DNA of 56,760 nt. It comes from Candidatus Woesearchaeota archaeon. Lineage in GTDB: Archaea > Nanobdellota > Nanobdellia > Woesearchaeales > GW2011-AR9. Made by a program: the position numbers and the translations under genes. Below, one piece after another: positions 47,585 through 56,760 of this stretch (positions within the stretch are counted from its first letter, which is position 1; every line of letters begins with the position of its first letter). The DNA lies in assembly GCA_018303265.1 (NCBI GenBank), contig JAGVYN010000014.1, positions 1-56,760 on the forward strand. Direction: 5' to 3'. Under the pieces are notes generated by a model that had not been told where the DNA came from, made no database searches, and saw only the letters and a list, made by a program, of their open reading frames with translations.

Positions 47585-47715
47585 TGTAACCAACCTCCGC
47601 TTAATTGAAAATCAAATAAATCTTCTTTTGCTACTATTGTTCTCTGCGTTAAATCCTGAATCTGTTCTTCAAACAATCTTTTAATGGTGGTCGTGGTAAG
47701 ATCAACCATGGGCAT
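47581..47715 (-). CDS. Small ORF, 42-44 aa
   Basis: GGAGGTGAT SD. Product M(PM)VDLTTTTIKRLFEEQIQDLTQRTIVAKEDLFDFQLSGGWLQ. The likely true start is the second ATG at 47709. Confidence 0.3.
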   Translation of the reverse strand: MPMVDLTTTTIKRLFEEQIQDLTQRTIVAKEDLFDFQLSGGWLQ

Positions 47716-47907
47716 CACCTCCATGGTAATCTTAAGAGAAGAAGTTGTTTATATAGTCTAGCCGGACCTGACCAGTTGTCCAGTGGCTTATAAAGTAATT
47801 TCTCTAAGCGTAAAATTTTCGAGAATAAGATGATATTCTACTGGACAAGGTAATGGGAAGATAACTTTAAATATCAAAAGAAAATAAGAATAATCAGAGG
47901 GAGAACG

Positions 47908-48312
47908 ATGCCTACAGCAGATGAAATGAAGTTACATTATGAAGCGCAATCACCAGCAGATGAATCTCCACAGCAGGAATGGAAATATCTCCATCCTCAT
48001 CGAGAAGCAGCGGCTGGAGAAAGCCATTATCGAAAGATGTTTCATTCTGAATTGGCACTTATTTCCTTTGTCTGTAGTATTCTTGGCTTGCTTCTTCCTC
48101 CGTTTAGCACGCTGGCTATTGTCTTGGGGATCGGCGGCCTGATGCAAATTCATAGAGAAGGAATGAAAGGAAAATGGCTGGCGATTGCCGGCATCCTCCT
48201 CGGTTTTGTGGGAATATTTATTCTTATAATTCTTATCATGAGTCTTGTTTCATTTATTCAGAACTTTCTAGCCACGCTACCACTAAATGACATAGGGTCG
48301 TTTCTGCCATAA
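47908..48312 (+). CDS. DUF4190-like small membrane protein
   Basis: Two TM helices with ALISFVCSILGLL...AIVLGIGG and WLAIAGILLGFVG. Confidence 0.5.
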   Translation: MPTADEMKLHYEAQSPADESPQQEWKYLHPHREAAAGESHYRKMFHSELALISFVCSILGLLLPPFSTLAIVLGIGGLMQIHREGMKGKWLAIAGILLGFVGIFILIILIMSLVSFIQNFLATLPLNDIGSFLP

Positions 48313-48413
48313 TTTTTATAAGACTATTATCAAATTAATAGAATTTAAAACTAATAGATATAATTTGAGCAATATAAGCTACTATACTTTAATACGCTAA
48401 AAAAACAACAATC

Positions 48414-48791
48414 CTAAATCAAAACACCATTCACCGCAGCTTCTTGTCCTGGCCTGCTGGTAACTCGTGCTTTCCCCAATTTTGTTTCCACAACAGCCCC
48501 TTTGGTGATAATGTTACGCCGTACCAAGTGTGGATTAGCTAGGTTTTCAATAACATTGACAATTTCTGTTTTAACGGTCTTTCCTTGCGCATTGGCAACA
48601 TTAATCTGATTCGTAGAAAGAATATATTGCTTATGATCCCCGCCGAGGGTGCGTTTTGTGCGGACAATTCGCTCTTCAGCTAGTTTCGTGTTCGCACTAT
48701 AGCCAGCGAGTTCGTATTTCCGTTTTGTTCTGTCTTGATGGTATCGTCCTCCGGATGCTTTTCTCCGGGATTTTTGTTGTGTTCGGGCCAT
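48414..48791 (-). CDS. rps8e: 30S ribosomal protein eS8 (S8e)
   Basis: RKASGGRYHQDRTKRKYELAG start, size and basic composition. Confidence 0.85.
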   Translation of the reverse strand: MARTQQKSRRKASGGRYHQDRTKRKYELAGYSANTKLAEERIVRTKRTLGGDHKQYILSTNQINVANAQGKTVKTEIVNVIENLANPHLVRRNIITKGAVVETKLGKARVTSRPGQEAAVNGVLI

Positions 48792-48804
48792 TTTATATCT
48801 TAAA

Positions 48805-50622
48805 TTAAGCTTTGTTTTTTAAAGTTTTCTTCTTTCCATTGAATATTTGCTCTTTTAGCTTTCCTTTACCGTTCCAATCCAAGGCGTGTTCCAAGACCTC
48901 TTCAATGCGGGTGACGGGAAAAATGGTCACTTTTTCCAGCTTTTCTTTTTCAATAACGATATCTTGGATGTTGGCACGAGGAACAATAATGGTTTTAATT
49001 CCGGCATCGATTGCCGCTTCCACTTTTGAGGAAACGCCTCCCACAGGAAGAACCTCACCCCGAACAGAGAGGGAGCCGGTCATGGCCACGTCCTGCTTGA
49101 CAGGAATTTCTTTCAATGCGGAGATGATTGATGTGGCAACGGCGATGGAAGCAGAATCACCCTCAACTCCCTCGTGGGTTTGCAGGAACTGAACATAGAT
49201 ATCTCGTGTTTCTTTAATATCTTCGCCAAAATATTTCATGATAATTGCCGATACATTCTTCACTGCTTCTTTGGCAATATCTCCTAACTTTCCCGTGGCA
49301 ATAATTTCTGATTTCTTTCCGCCGACAGTTACTTCAGATTCAATGGGCAGCAATATTCCCGAATAGGCCGAGCCACCGCCAATGACTGCCAAACCGTTCA
49401 CTCTTCCTATTTGTTTGCCCGTGGTCATGATCACTTCATATTCTTTTTTCCGTTCAATGTATTCATCGGCAATTTGCTGTTCCAAAGGACGGGCCAGTAC
49501 TTTCGCCTTCTTAACGTGCGTTTTCCCAACAGATTCTGCTTTCTCTTCTCTCGCGAGGTCGCCTGCAGCCCGCACTAAACCACCTAAGCCACGCAGATGC
49601 AAGGTAAGATGCCCTTTCCGGTTTGCTCTTCGCCGTGCTTCTTCAATAATGGCATTGATACCGGTGAGGTCAAAATGAGGAATTTTCCCATTTTCTTTCT
49701 TGACTTCCTGGGCGACAAATCGCGCTATTTTTAGTCTGTTTTCCTTTGTATCATGCATGGTTTCATTCATGTAGACTTCATATCCATATCCCCGAATTCG
49801 CGAGCGCAGTGCCGGATGCATGTTCTTAATTGATTCTAAGTTTCCTGCTGCAACCAAGACAAAGTCACAGGGCACAGGTTCCGTTCGCACCATTGCTCCG
49901 GCGGATCGTTCGGACTGGCCGGTAATGGGAAATTTTTTCTCCTGCAAGGCTGACAAGAGCTCATGTTGCGTTCGTGGGTGCAGTGTGGCAATTTCATCGA
50001 TAAACAATACTCCCAAATGTGCTTTATGGATCATTCCCGCCACTAACAACGCTCCTGCATGCGCGCCTGTGGCGTCATAAAACGGCGCTTGTTTTCTCCC
50101 AAAATTGTCTACAATGAGTTTTCCCGTAATAATTGCTCCCTGCTTAAACATCCTCGGCCCCATGCTGAGCATGATCGCAAATGCCGCTAGAAATAACATA
50201 CCACCTAAAAAAAACGCTGTAAACATCAAATCTGACTTATAGTGGTTACGTACCCACCACGGGGCGATAAATGTGAGAATAGCCACAATAAACAGCAGGA
50301 AATTATTGTTTTTCAACATCTGCTTGGTGTTTAGCTGCTGCTGTGCAACTTCATCCCTGCCTTTCCCCGCAGCTGTTTCTTTAATGGATGGATTATTTTC
50401 ATCATTGGGGTTGGGCACGGCTAAAATATCTTTTAATTCCGAGCGGGGAAGGAGTTCTGCAAGCGCTACTCCGAGCATGCTTTTTCCCGTTCCTGGTTCA
50501 CCAATTAAAAAGACATGCCGCCGCTGCTGCGCTGCTTTTTTGATTATATTTACAGCGCTGTCCTGGCCGATAACCTGATCAATGATATGTTCCGGAACAG
50601 GTATATTTTTCGTGGTTTTCAT
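48805..50622 (-). CDS. lonB: Archaeal membrane-bound Lon protease (LonB)
   Basis: Walker A GEPGTGKS, two TM helices inserted in the AAA+ module, Walker B VLFIDEI, protease [11 protein letters not shown] with downstream catalytic K (SSKVEAA). Confidence 0.85.
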   Translation of the reverse strand: MKTTKNIPVPEHIIDQVIGQDSAVNIIKKAAQQRRHVFLIGEPGTGKSMLGVALAELLPRSELKDILAVPNPNDENNPSIKETAAGKGRDEVAQQQLNTKQMLKNNNFLLFIVAILTFIAPWWVRNHYKSDLMFTAFFLGGMLFLAAFAIMLSMGPRMFKQGAIITGKLIVDNFGRKQAPFYDATGAHAGALLVAGMIHKAHLGVLFIDEIATLHPRTQHELLSALQEKKFPITGQSERSAGAMVRTEPVPCDFVLVAAGNLESIKNMHPALRSRIRGYGYEVYMNETMHDTKENRLKIARFVAQEVKKENGKIPHFDLTGINAIIEEARRRANRKGHLTLHLRGLGGLVRAAGDLAREEKAESVGKTHVKKAKVLARPLEQQIADEYIERKKEYEVIMTTGKQIGRVNGLAVIGGGSAYSGILLPIESEVTVGGKKSEIIATGKLGDIAKEAVKNVSAIIMKYFGEDIKETRDIYVQFLQTHEGVEGDSASIAVATSIISALKEIPVKQDVAMTGSLSVRGEVLPVGGVSSKVEAAIDAGIKTIIVPRANIQDIVIEKEKLEKVTIFPVTRIEEVLEHALDWNGKGKLKEQIFNGKKKTLKNKA

Positions 50623-50732
50623 AGGTTAAAAGAGCGGGTAAGAAACATCTTCACTTCAAAGATATTGTTCTAGTCTGTATTTAAAAAGGTTTTGGATTTA
50701 AAAAAAGAAAATCAACGGGGCAATTTTTCTCA

Positions 50733-51461
50733 CTATTTTGCCTTGTTTTTGAGAAGTGTAACCTTAATTTCAGCAAAGGCTTTTGGTTGTTCCATGATAA
50801 CTTTATGCTGGTTTTCTAAATGGAGTAAAGGGATGAACGTATATACTTTTTCTTCTTTTCCCGCTCGCGGGGGAAGCAGTTTGCTAAACATAACTTCTTT
50901 TGTTTTTTCTTTGTCTGTATAATATATTAGCTTATGATACACATCACGGATCACATCCATGATATCCATTTTTCTCTGCGGCATCTGGTACTTAACCGGT
51001 TTTATCTTGGCGAGGATTCGTTTTTTGGACTGCATGGCCCTCTGCAGGGCATCGACAAGATCACTAATAGATACTTTCCTGTTCCGCGGCTGTGGATTTC
51101 GGGGGATCAGCTGGTAGGTCTCTTTATCCCGCTTCCGGAGAGACCCTTCTTCGCCGTCACCTAATTCATCGTCTATCCCTTCCTCGGTCTGATGAATTAA
51201 TGCGTCCAGTTTTGAAAAGTCATTATCGATAAGGTGCGTTGATTTTATTTTCAGGAGAATGGCTGCTGCTAGGAGGATTTTTCCTGAGATTTTAAGATCA
51301 TGTTCCTGCATCTGCCGGATGACTTGGATATATTTCTGCGCAAGAAGGCTTATATTGATATCCCAGGGATCCATCTGTTCCGTCTTTACCAGATCATAAA
51401 GAATTGTTTTCCAGCTGATCTCTTCCTCTTTCAGGAGCAAGTCAAATATTTGCTGTTGCAT
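50733..51461 (-). CDS. scpA: Segregation and condensation protein A (kleisin ScpA)
   Basis: N-terminal DPWDINISLLAQKYIQ motif and a C-terminal winged-helix-like region. Confidence 0.7.
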   Translation of the reverse strand: MQQQIFDLLLKEEEISWKTILYDLVKTEQMDPWDINISLLAQKYIQVIRQMQEHDLKISGKILLAAAILLKIKSTHLIDNDFSKLDALIHQTEEGIDDELGDGEEGSLRKRDKETYQLIPRNPQPRNRKVSISDLVDALQRAMQSKKRILAKIKPVKYQMPQRKMDIMDVIRDVYHKLIYYTDKEKTKEVMFSKLLPPRAGKEEKVYTFIPLLHLENQHKVIMEQPKAFAEIKVTLLKNKAK

Positions 51462-51643
51462 CTTCTGAGAAAATAGTTTATTGTTTTTAAAAGGTTTGGT
51501 TTTTACTGAAGACCAGCTGTTTTTCCCCTACAAATAGAAAAATAAAATGTTGGGGATTTTAAAAAGCATATGGACGGCGGCCGTAAAAAATATAAGTCTC
51601 TTAAGATAAGGAGAAAAGAAGATTGTGACTATTATATAAAAAA

Positions 51644-51850
51644 ATGAAATTGGAATACGACAAAGAAGTTGATGCAGCGTACATTTACTTAGAGTATCCG
51701 CTAAAGGAAAGGGAAGCAAAAAAAACCATTCAGTTAAACGATAATATCATTCTTGATTTTGATGAGAATAATAAACTTCTCGGCGTTGAAATTCTTGATG
51801 CCAGTAAAATTCTCAAAAAAGAAGTTCTTCTCGAAGCGCAGGCAGTTTAA
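51644..51850 (+). CDS. DUF2283 family small protein
   Basis: YDKEVDAAYIYL...ILDFDENNKLLGVEILDASK. Confidence 0.6.
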   Translation: MKLEYDKEVDAAYIYLEYPLKEREAKKTIQLNDNIILDFDENNKLLGVEILDASKILKKEVLLEAQAV

Positions 51851-51859
51851 TATTTTTTA

Positions 51860-52927
51860 TCAAACTCCAAGATAGTCAAGGATAAGATTCGTTGATTCTA
51901 TTATCCTCTCATCTCGCATCCTCAAATCTGGTTCAAATGGCTTTCCTGTGAGATGCTGGAGCCCTTGAATATACCGAACAGCAATCTCTACAGATTGTTC
52001 CGTTGTGAATTTTTGTCCTTGTTCTTTAATCATTCCTCGGGCAAATTCTTTCGAAAAGGAAACTGGTTTTCCGTCATGATACAGGATGGATCCATCGTTG
52101 TTGAGTTTCCAAAATCGTGATGAATCCATCGTATATAATTCATCAGCTGAAACGATCTGACCCTCAGAATTTCGTCCGTGTTCTGTCTTTGTGTCTACCA
52201 ACACCATCTTTCTATTCCTCAAATATTCAGAAACAATTCCAAAAGCCATACGCGAAGCATTTCGTATTTGAGTATATTCCGCAGGAGTGCAAATTCCAGA
52301 ATCAAATAAATAGGAAGGATCAACAGTTTTATCTTCTTTGTCTTTTGTTGAAGGGGTATCCATAAGGTATGGTAATCGCCCATTGGGCGTGAGTTGATCG
52401 GTACGTATTTCGTGCCCGGCATACATAAATTCCTGTTTGCCTTCATTTTTCGCTTTCAACCAATGCTGGTATAAAGACGTTGACGTTGAACTCTCCGCCA
52501 TATATATCCTCAGGACATTTTCTAAGAGGATGATGGATACATTCTCTGCCGGAATAACCGTAGAATTTGGATGTAATCCTGGTACATCGAATTGTGATGT
52601 TCCCAGCACTCCTTTGACTAACTGCAGCATGAAATCATGATTATAGGCTAAAACCTGATCTTTAAATGGGATCTCGCCTCTGTTTTGATCATGGGTGGAG
52701 ATTCGATTGCATCTGTACATTAAGCGAAGCGGTTTTCCATCCACTGTTTTGAGGGCATCCCCGAAAACGGAATCAGAAACTTTTCCTGTGGCTATTGTTG
52801 CGCCTTTTAACTGGGGCAGATCCCCATTGTCAATAATTTGTTCTATAGTTCTTCCTTCATTGACTTGAGAACCGTAGTCATTCACTAACTCGCGGATTTC
52901 TCTTTCGGAGAGTAAGGTATCGACCAT
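51860..52927 (-). CDS. purC: SAICAR synthase-like protein (long-form PurC)
   Basis: NRISTHDQ...IPFKDQVL, MDTPSTKDKEDKTVD, LVDTKTEHG, ADELYTMDSSRFW. Confidence 0.7.
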   Translation of the reverse strand: MVDTLLSEREIRELVNDYGSQVNEGRTIEQIIDNGDLPQLKGATIATGKVSDSVFGDALKTVDGKPLRLMYRCNRISTHDQNRGEIPFKDQVLAYNHDFMLQLVKGVLGTSQFDVPGLHPNSTVIPAENVSIILLENVLRIYMAESSTSTSLYQHWLKAKNEGKQEFMYAGHEIRTDQLTPNGRLPYLMDTPSTKDKEDKTVDPSYLFDSGICTPAEYTQIRNASRMAFGIVSEYLRNRKMVLVDTKTEHGRNSEGQIVSADELYTMDSSRFWKLNNDGSILYHDGKPVSFSKEFARGMIKEQGQKFTTEQSVEIAVRYIQGLQHLTGKPFEPDLRMRDERIIESTNLILDYLGV

Positions 52928-52961
52928 TGTGATAGTCTTTGCTTTCTTTACTAAATATGAG

Positions 52962-53072
52962 TGGGCCCGGCCGGACTTTCGTGAATCTTATTCAACTCGA
53001 ACCGGCGATCAACGCCTAGCTTCTCCTTACAGGAATGTAAGGGCGCTGTCATTGCCACTAGACCACGAGCCC
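52962..53072 (-). tRNA. tRNA-Val (UAC) with two introns: 18 nt at 37/38 (53018-53035) and 20 nt at 59/60 in the T-loop (52976-52995)
   Basis: After removing both inserts: acceptor GGGCUCG/CGGGCCC, anticodon stem GCGCC/GGCGU, loop CUUACAA, T arm GCCGG-UUCGAGU-CCGGC, discriminator A. Both inserts are framed by BHB motifs. Confidence 0.8.
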
Positions 53073-53156
53073 ATCTACAAATAATTTTCTTGACGTTCCT
53101 TTATTAATTTTTTGCTTCATAAGGTTTAAAAGAGGATCGGTCCCTGAAATGAGCTA

Positions 53157-53672
53157 ATGGATAATTCTCCAAAATTCTATCTAAGAGCAGAAGAACCTCT
53201 CTCCATTGGTTTCAGAAAAGAAAATGATCCGCTGTTACTTATCACCTCTAAAAAGCATGAAATAAACGAATTTCCTCAATTTTCTTATCATCCCTCTGAA
53301 ATTCTTGACTTTATTGCTCTTGTTGATTCCACGGCTGAGTTAGAAGCACTTGTTAAAGTCACTCTTAATGGGCTTCAGTTTTTTTCGAATACAACTACGA
53401 CTCCACAGGAAGTATCTTCGTATATTCACTCCTATCTTGACGAGGTTGAGAATGTGCAACAAGAAATGCAAAACACTTTCTTTTCATCGATAGCTTCCCT
53501 CGTCTGGAAGTATCATAACATCGAACAGCTCCAGCCATATGTTAAAAAAGTGTATGAAGACCTCCATCAAAAGCATTATTCTTTCATTCGCAGTCGGCTC
53601 GTTTTTGATAAACTTTCCCCCGTGATTTCTCGTGTCAGTGCAGTATTTCTAAACCAAACATATATAAAATAA
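53157..53672 (+). CDS. Hypothetical protein, 171 aa
   Basis: Clean ORF. No motif recognised. Confidence 0.45.
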   Translation: MDNSPKFYLRAEEPLSIGFRKENDPLLLITSKKHEINEFPQFSYHPSEILDFIALVDSTAELEALVKVTLNGLQFFSNTTTTPQEVSSYIHSYLDEVENVQQEMQNTFFSSIASLVWKYHNIEQLQPYVKKVYEDLHQKHYSFIRSRLVFDKLSPVISRVSAVFLNQTYIK

Positions 53673-53704
53673 AACTCATTAATTCTCCTGAAAAGAGGTA
53701 GATA

Positions 53705-53779
53705 ATGAAATTCAACGTCAAAGATACGGAAAAATTATGTGAATTGTTGGTATCTTTTACACGGAGGAGATCCAGATGA
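53705..53779 (+). CDS. 24-codon upstream ORF overlapping the AMP phosphorylase start (ATGA)
   Basis: AGAGGT SD. Product MKFNVKDTEKLCELLVSFTRRRSR. Its first 25 nt are about 76% identical to the first 25 nt of the main gene. Confidence 0.3.
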   Translation: MKFNVKDTEKLCELLVSFTRRRSR

Positions 53780-55254
53780 AATTCCGTGTCAAAGACATGG
53801 ACATTGCCACGGGCGGTGTTCTCGTGGCTATTCTGAATAAGAAAGATGCGCATAAGCTGGATCTTCGTTCCGGCGATCGTGTCATTGTCAAAAAAAATAG
53901 CCAGGAAATTACCTGCATTCTTGATATTTCGGAAAGCAAGAAAGCAGTCCCGGAAGGAAGGATTGGCTTATTTGAAGAAGTTCTCGCTCGCCTGAACGTC
54001 CGGCATAATAACATCGTTGACATCAAATTAACAGGAAAGCCGGAATCCATAAAACACATTCGTGATAAACTGTTTGGAAAGCATCTCAGTTACCGTGAGC
54101 TGTACCATATCATTGATGATATTACCCATGATCGGTTGACCGATGTTGAGAAAACCTATTTTGTCGCGGCGGGATTTACCAATGGCTTTACCAATGACGA
54201 AATTGTTGATTTGACTCGTGCCATGGTGGAAACGGGAGCAAAACTGAAATTTCGCGGGATAACCTTAGACAAGCACAGTATTGGCGGTGTTCCAGGAAAC
54301 AGAACGACGATGATCGTTATCCCAATTATAGCTGCAGCAGGATTTACCATTCCCAAAACCAGTTCCCGCGCGATTACGTCTCCCGCAGGCACGGCAGATA
54401 CCATGGAATGCCTTGCCAAAGTGGAACTTACTGAGAAGAAAATTAAACATGTTGTGCAGAAAACGGGTGCCTGCATGGTTCACGGCGGTTCCATGAACTT
54501 AGCTCCCGCCGATGATAAGATTATTGATGTGGAACATCCTCTTTCCATTGATGCGGAAGGGCAATTGCTGGCTTCCGTGATGGCCAAGAAATATTCTGTC
54601 ACTGCCAAGCATGTTCTCATTGACATTCCGATGGGGAAAAGCACCAAAGCGGATACAAGAAGCAAAGCCGAACATCTTAAGAAAATGTTTGAACTGATTG
54701 GCAAAAAATTGGGGATGAACGTGAAAGTTATCCTTACCGACGGTTCCCAGCCGATCGGGCATGGGATCGGCCCTCTTCTTGAAGCGGAAGATGTCATGGC
54801 CGTGCTGCGCAATGATCCGTTAGCGCCTGCTGATTTGCGGAAGAAAGCGCTGATGATGGCCGGCATATTGCTGGAGATGACTGGGAAATACCGCAAAGGA
54901 AGCGGGATAAAAATTGCGAAAGAGATTTTACAGAGCGGGAAAGCGTTGCAAAAAATGAATCACATCATCACCGCTCAAGGAAAGCAGAAGATGCCTTCAT
55001 TGGGAACATTCTGCTATCACGTCCGAAGCAGGTACATAGGAAGAGTACAGGAAATAGACAACGAGATTATCGCTAAGATTGCCAGGATTGCCGGCGCGCC
55101 AGAAGATAAAGGTGCAGGGTTGTATATTAAGAAGTACAAAGGCGATATCATTAAGCGTGGAGACGTGTTGTATACTCTGTATGCGGAAAGCCAGTTTAAG
55201 TGGGATTTGGCGTTGGAATTTTTACGAAAGAATAAGGCTTATATCATTGGTTAG
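53776..55254 (+). CDS. deoA: AMP phosphorylase (archaeal DeoA-type nucleoside phosphorylase family II)
   Basis: An archaeal-type N-terminal extension (MKFRVKDMDIATGGVLVAILNKKDAHKLDLRSGDRV) precedes the thymidine-phosphorylase fold (DKHSIGGVPGNRTT, SSRAITSPAGTADT, IDIPMGKSTK). Confidence 0.8.
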   Translation: MKFRVKDMDIATGGVLVAILNKKDAHKLDLRSGDRVIVKKNSQEITCILDISESKKAVPEGRIGLFEEVLARLNVRHNNIVDIKLTGKPESIKHIRDKLFGKHLSYRELYHIIDDITHDRLTDVEKTYFVAAGFTNGFTNDEIVDLTRAMVETGAKLKFRGITLDKHSIGGVPGNRTTMIVIPIIAAAGFTIPKTSSRAITSPAGTADTMECLAKVELTEKKIKHVVQKTGACMVHGGSMNLAPADDKIIDVEHPLSIDAEGQLLASVMAKKYSVTAKHVLIDIPMGKSTKADTRSKAEHLKKMFELIGKKLGMNVKVILTDGSQPIGHGIGPLLEAEDVMAVLRNDPLAPADLRKKALMMAGILLEMTGKYRKGSGIKIAKEILQSGKALQKMNHIITAQGKQKMPSLGTFCYHVRSRYIGRVQEIDNEIIAKIARIAGAPEDKGAGLYIKKYKGDIIKRGDVLYTLYAESQFKWDLALEFLRKNKAYIIG

Positions 55255-55317
55255 TTTCCATCCTTTCCTGTAAAAAACAGAGAAAACAGAAAAAACAGAA
55301 TATATCTTCTCTTTAAT

Positions 55318-55752
55318 TTACTGTTCAACACCATCATTAACTTTCGCTTCTAATCCGATATATCCATTAACAAATGATTGAAAATCTGTCAGCAATTTTA
55401 ACTTCTCTGAATTACCAATACTAAAATAATGAGACCTTAATTGGTCGTAATACTGGTTCAACACTTCTGTCAAATGATACGCAACACTATTATCTTTTGT
55501 TTTTGAAACATGTATCTGTTCTAACAACGACGTTAATCTTTCATCCCCCTCGCATAATTCTATTAAACCATTTGCTAAATTACTTGGCATCGGTCTTCTT
55601 CCCAATAAAACTTGATTCAAAAAGACGTTAGTTGTTTTTGAACTTGATTTTCCATTCCTATAATATTCTACTTTTTCGTGCAGAGCTCTTGCTATTGCTC
55701 TTTGTGAAGTATACCCATGTCTTTCCATGATCCCCATTACTTTTTCTTTCAT
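55318..55752 (-). CDS. Hypothetical protein, 144 aa (possible HTH)
   Basis: AT-rich ORF next to the IS. GYTSQRAIARALH resembles an HTH. Confidence 0.45.
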   Translation of the reverse strand: MKEKVMGIMERHGYTSQRAIARALHEKVEYYRNGKSSSKTTNVFLNQVLLGRRPMPSNLANGLIELCEGDERLTSLLEQIHVSKTKDNSVAYHLTEVLNQYYDQLRSHYFSIGNSEKLKLLTDFQSFVNGYIGLEAKVNDGVEQ

Positions 55753-56760
55753 AACTACTATACAATGACAGTAATATTTAAATATAAGTCCCGAACTGAC
55801 CTAATATAGATATGATTAAATACTAGTTCTACTTTCTTCTCATCGAGGTGAATCTTGATGAGAAAAACCAGAAAATTAGATGTTGCCTGCCCAAATAAAG
55901 AATGTAGAGCATTCAACAGAGTAGGATTGAAAAATATAGTGCGAAATGGAAAACAACCGAATGGCACACAAAAATATCGTTGTATTGATTGTGGAAGGAA
56001 CTTTGTACGCACAATCAACACCCCATTTTTCCATAAACACCTGAAGAAAAGCCAGATTACAACAATTTGCAGACATCTCGCCGAAAAGAATGGCTTTCGT
56101 GCCATTGCACGAATAACAGGGCATCATCTTGACACAGTTCGGACTGTGGCAAGTGTCGTTGCAAAACACTGCAAAAAATTTAATGATTATTTTATTACGG
56201 AGCTGAAGCTCACACCAGTGGAGGTTGATGAAATGTGGAGCTTCGTTAAAAAAAAGAAGAAAATTGCTTAACACCATATCTGCAATGTGCAGATATTGGA
56301 ACCATGTATACTTATCTTGGCTTCAAACGAGATACACAGTTTTTTATAGGCTTTGCCGTCGGCAAATGGAATGAAGAAACCTGTGATGAATTTTACAAAA
56401 TGTTATCTTCTCGTTTGCGCTTTCCTACACAAAAGCGCAAAGTTACTATCAATACTGATGGCAATGAACAAAACGTTGGTGGGATACAAAAACATTTTCA
56501 TGTTGATGCAGTCAATTATTCCCGTCGTAAGAAAATCCGCAAAAATCAAAAGATTGTTGGTGTGGTAAGTGAAATTGTTTTTGGTAATCAAGATCGTCAA
56601 AAGATTGGGATAACACAAATTGATGGCTTTTGTTCAAAATTGCGCGAACGCATTTCATGCTTTACACGCAAAGCACGAAATTTTGCGAAACGCAAAACCG
56701 GACTGGAAGATCGTCTTGAAATTTTTAGTGTCCAACATAATTTTATGGAAAAGAAAAAAG
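55753..56760 (+). mobile_element. IS1-family insertion sequence (left end not defined; runs off the window)
   Basis: ORF A (55858-56271) has the zinc ribbon CPNKEC...YRCIDCGRNF, an HTH and VEVDEMWSFVKKKKK. The slippery heptamer A_AAA_AAG is at 56250-56256. The -1 frame stays open to the window end (…YTYLGFKRDTQFFIGFAVG…TINTDGNEQ…). Confidence 0.7.

Noticed and set aside
51462-51643. Search for a DUF4258-type toxin partner upstream of the DUF2283 gene
   Set aside because: Only a 20-codon ORF with no similarity is present. DUF2283 appears to be solitary here.
1-56760. CRISPR arrays, cas genes, reverse transcriptase/DGR template-variable repeats, rRNA genes
   Set aside because: I saw no regularly spaced direct repeats, no RT motifs (YxDD) in any long ORF, and no rRNA-like conserved stretches while reading both strands. 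A repeat finder would still be needed for certainty.

Overview
Archaeal chromosomal segment, roughly 40% GC by eye (not computed). It looks like a small-genome DPANN-type archaeon. Archaeal core genes: family B DNA polymerase, Rad50 with a CPLC zinc hook, membrane LonB, ribosomal protein eS8, ScpA, TsaC/Sua5, RNase HII, an NSUN/aTrm4 RNA methyltransferase and an S-layer protein. Many start codons have a TTTTATAAAA-like TATA box 25-30 nt upstream (leaderless). Others carry a strong GGAGGTG Shine-Dalgarno site. Two tRNA-Val genes are present and both contain introns. Bacterial-flavoured genes are interleaved: a long RelA/SpoT homologue, class I GAPDH, an RNase HIII-like gene, DUF1385, a Bro-N/DinD-like gene and TK1-type thymidine kinase. 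Nucleotide-salvage genes are AMP phosphorylase, a PurC-like gene and two HIT paralogues. Three genes look decayed: enolase, a Hel308-like helicase fragment and a frameshifted bPH membrane protein. Four minus-strand blocks look AT-richer than their surroundings. An IS1-family element runs off the right edge. I saw no rRNA, CRISPR array, cas gene or reverse transcriptase. The best-supported unusual features are: (1) non-canonical BHB introns in both tRNA-Val genes (D-loop; 37/38 plus 59/60); (2) a 186-bp nested-helix element with flanking direct repeats at the 3' end of a hydrolase gene; (3) a long RSH with a degenerate HD motif; (4) a methyltransferase-kinase fusion; (5) an Endo IV-like TIM-barrel protein split by a ~300-aa insert, next to two unrecognisable proteins. 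No multi-gene novel system can be proven from sequence alone. The candidate loci are 10699-16464 and 16951-20903.
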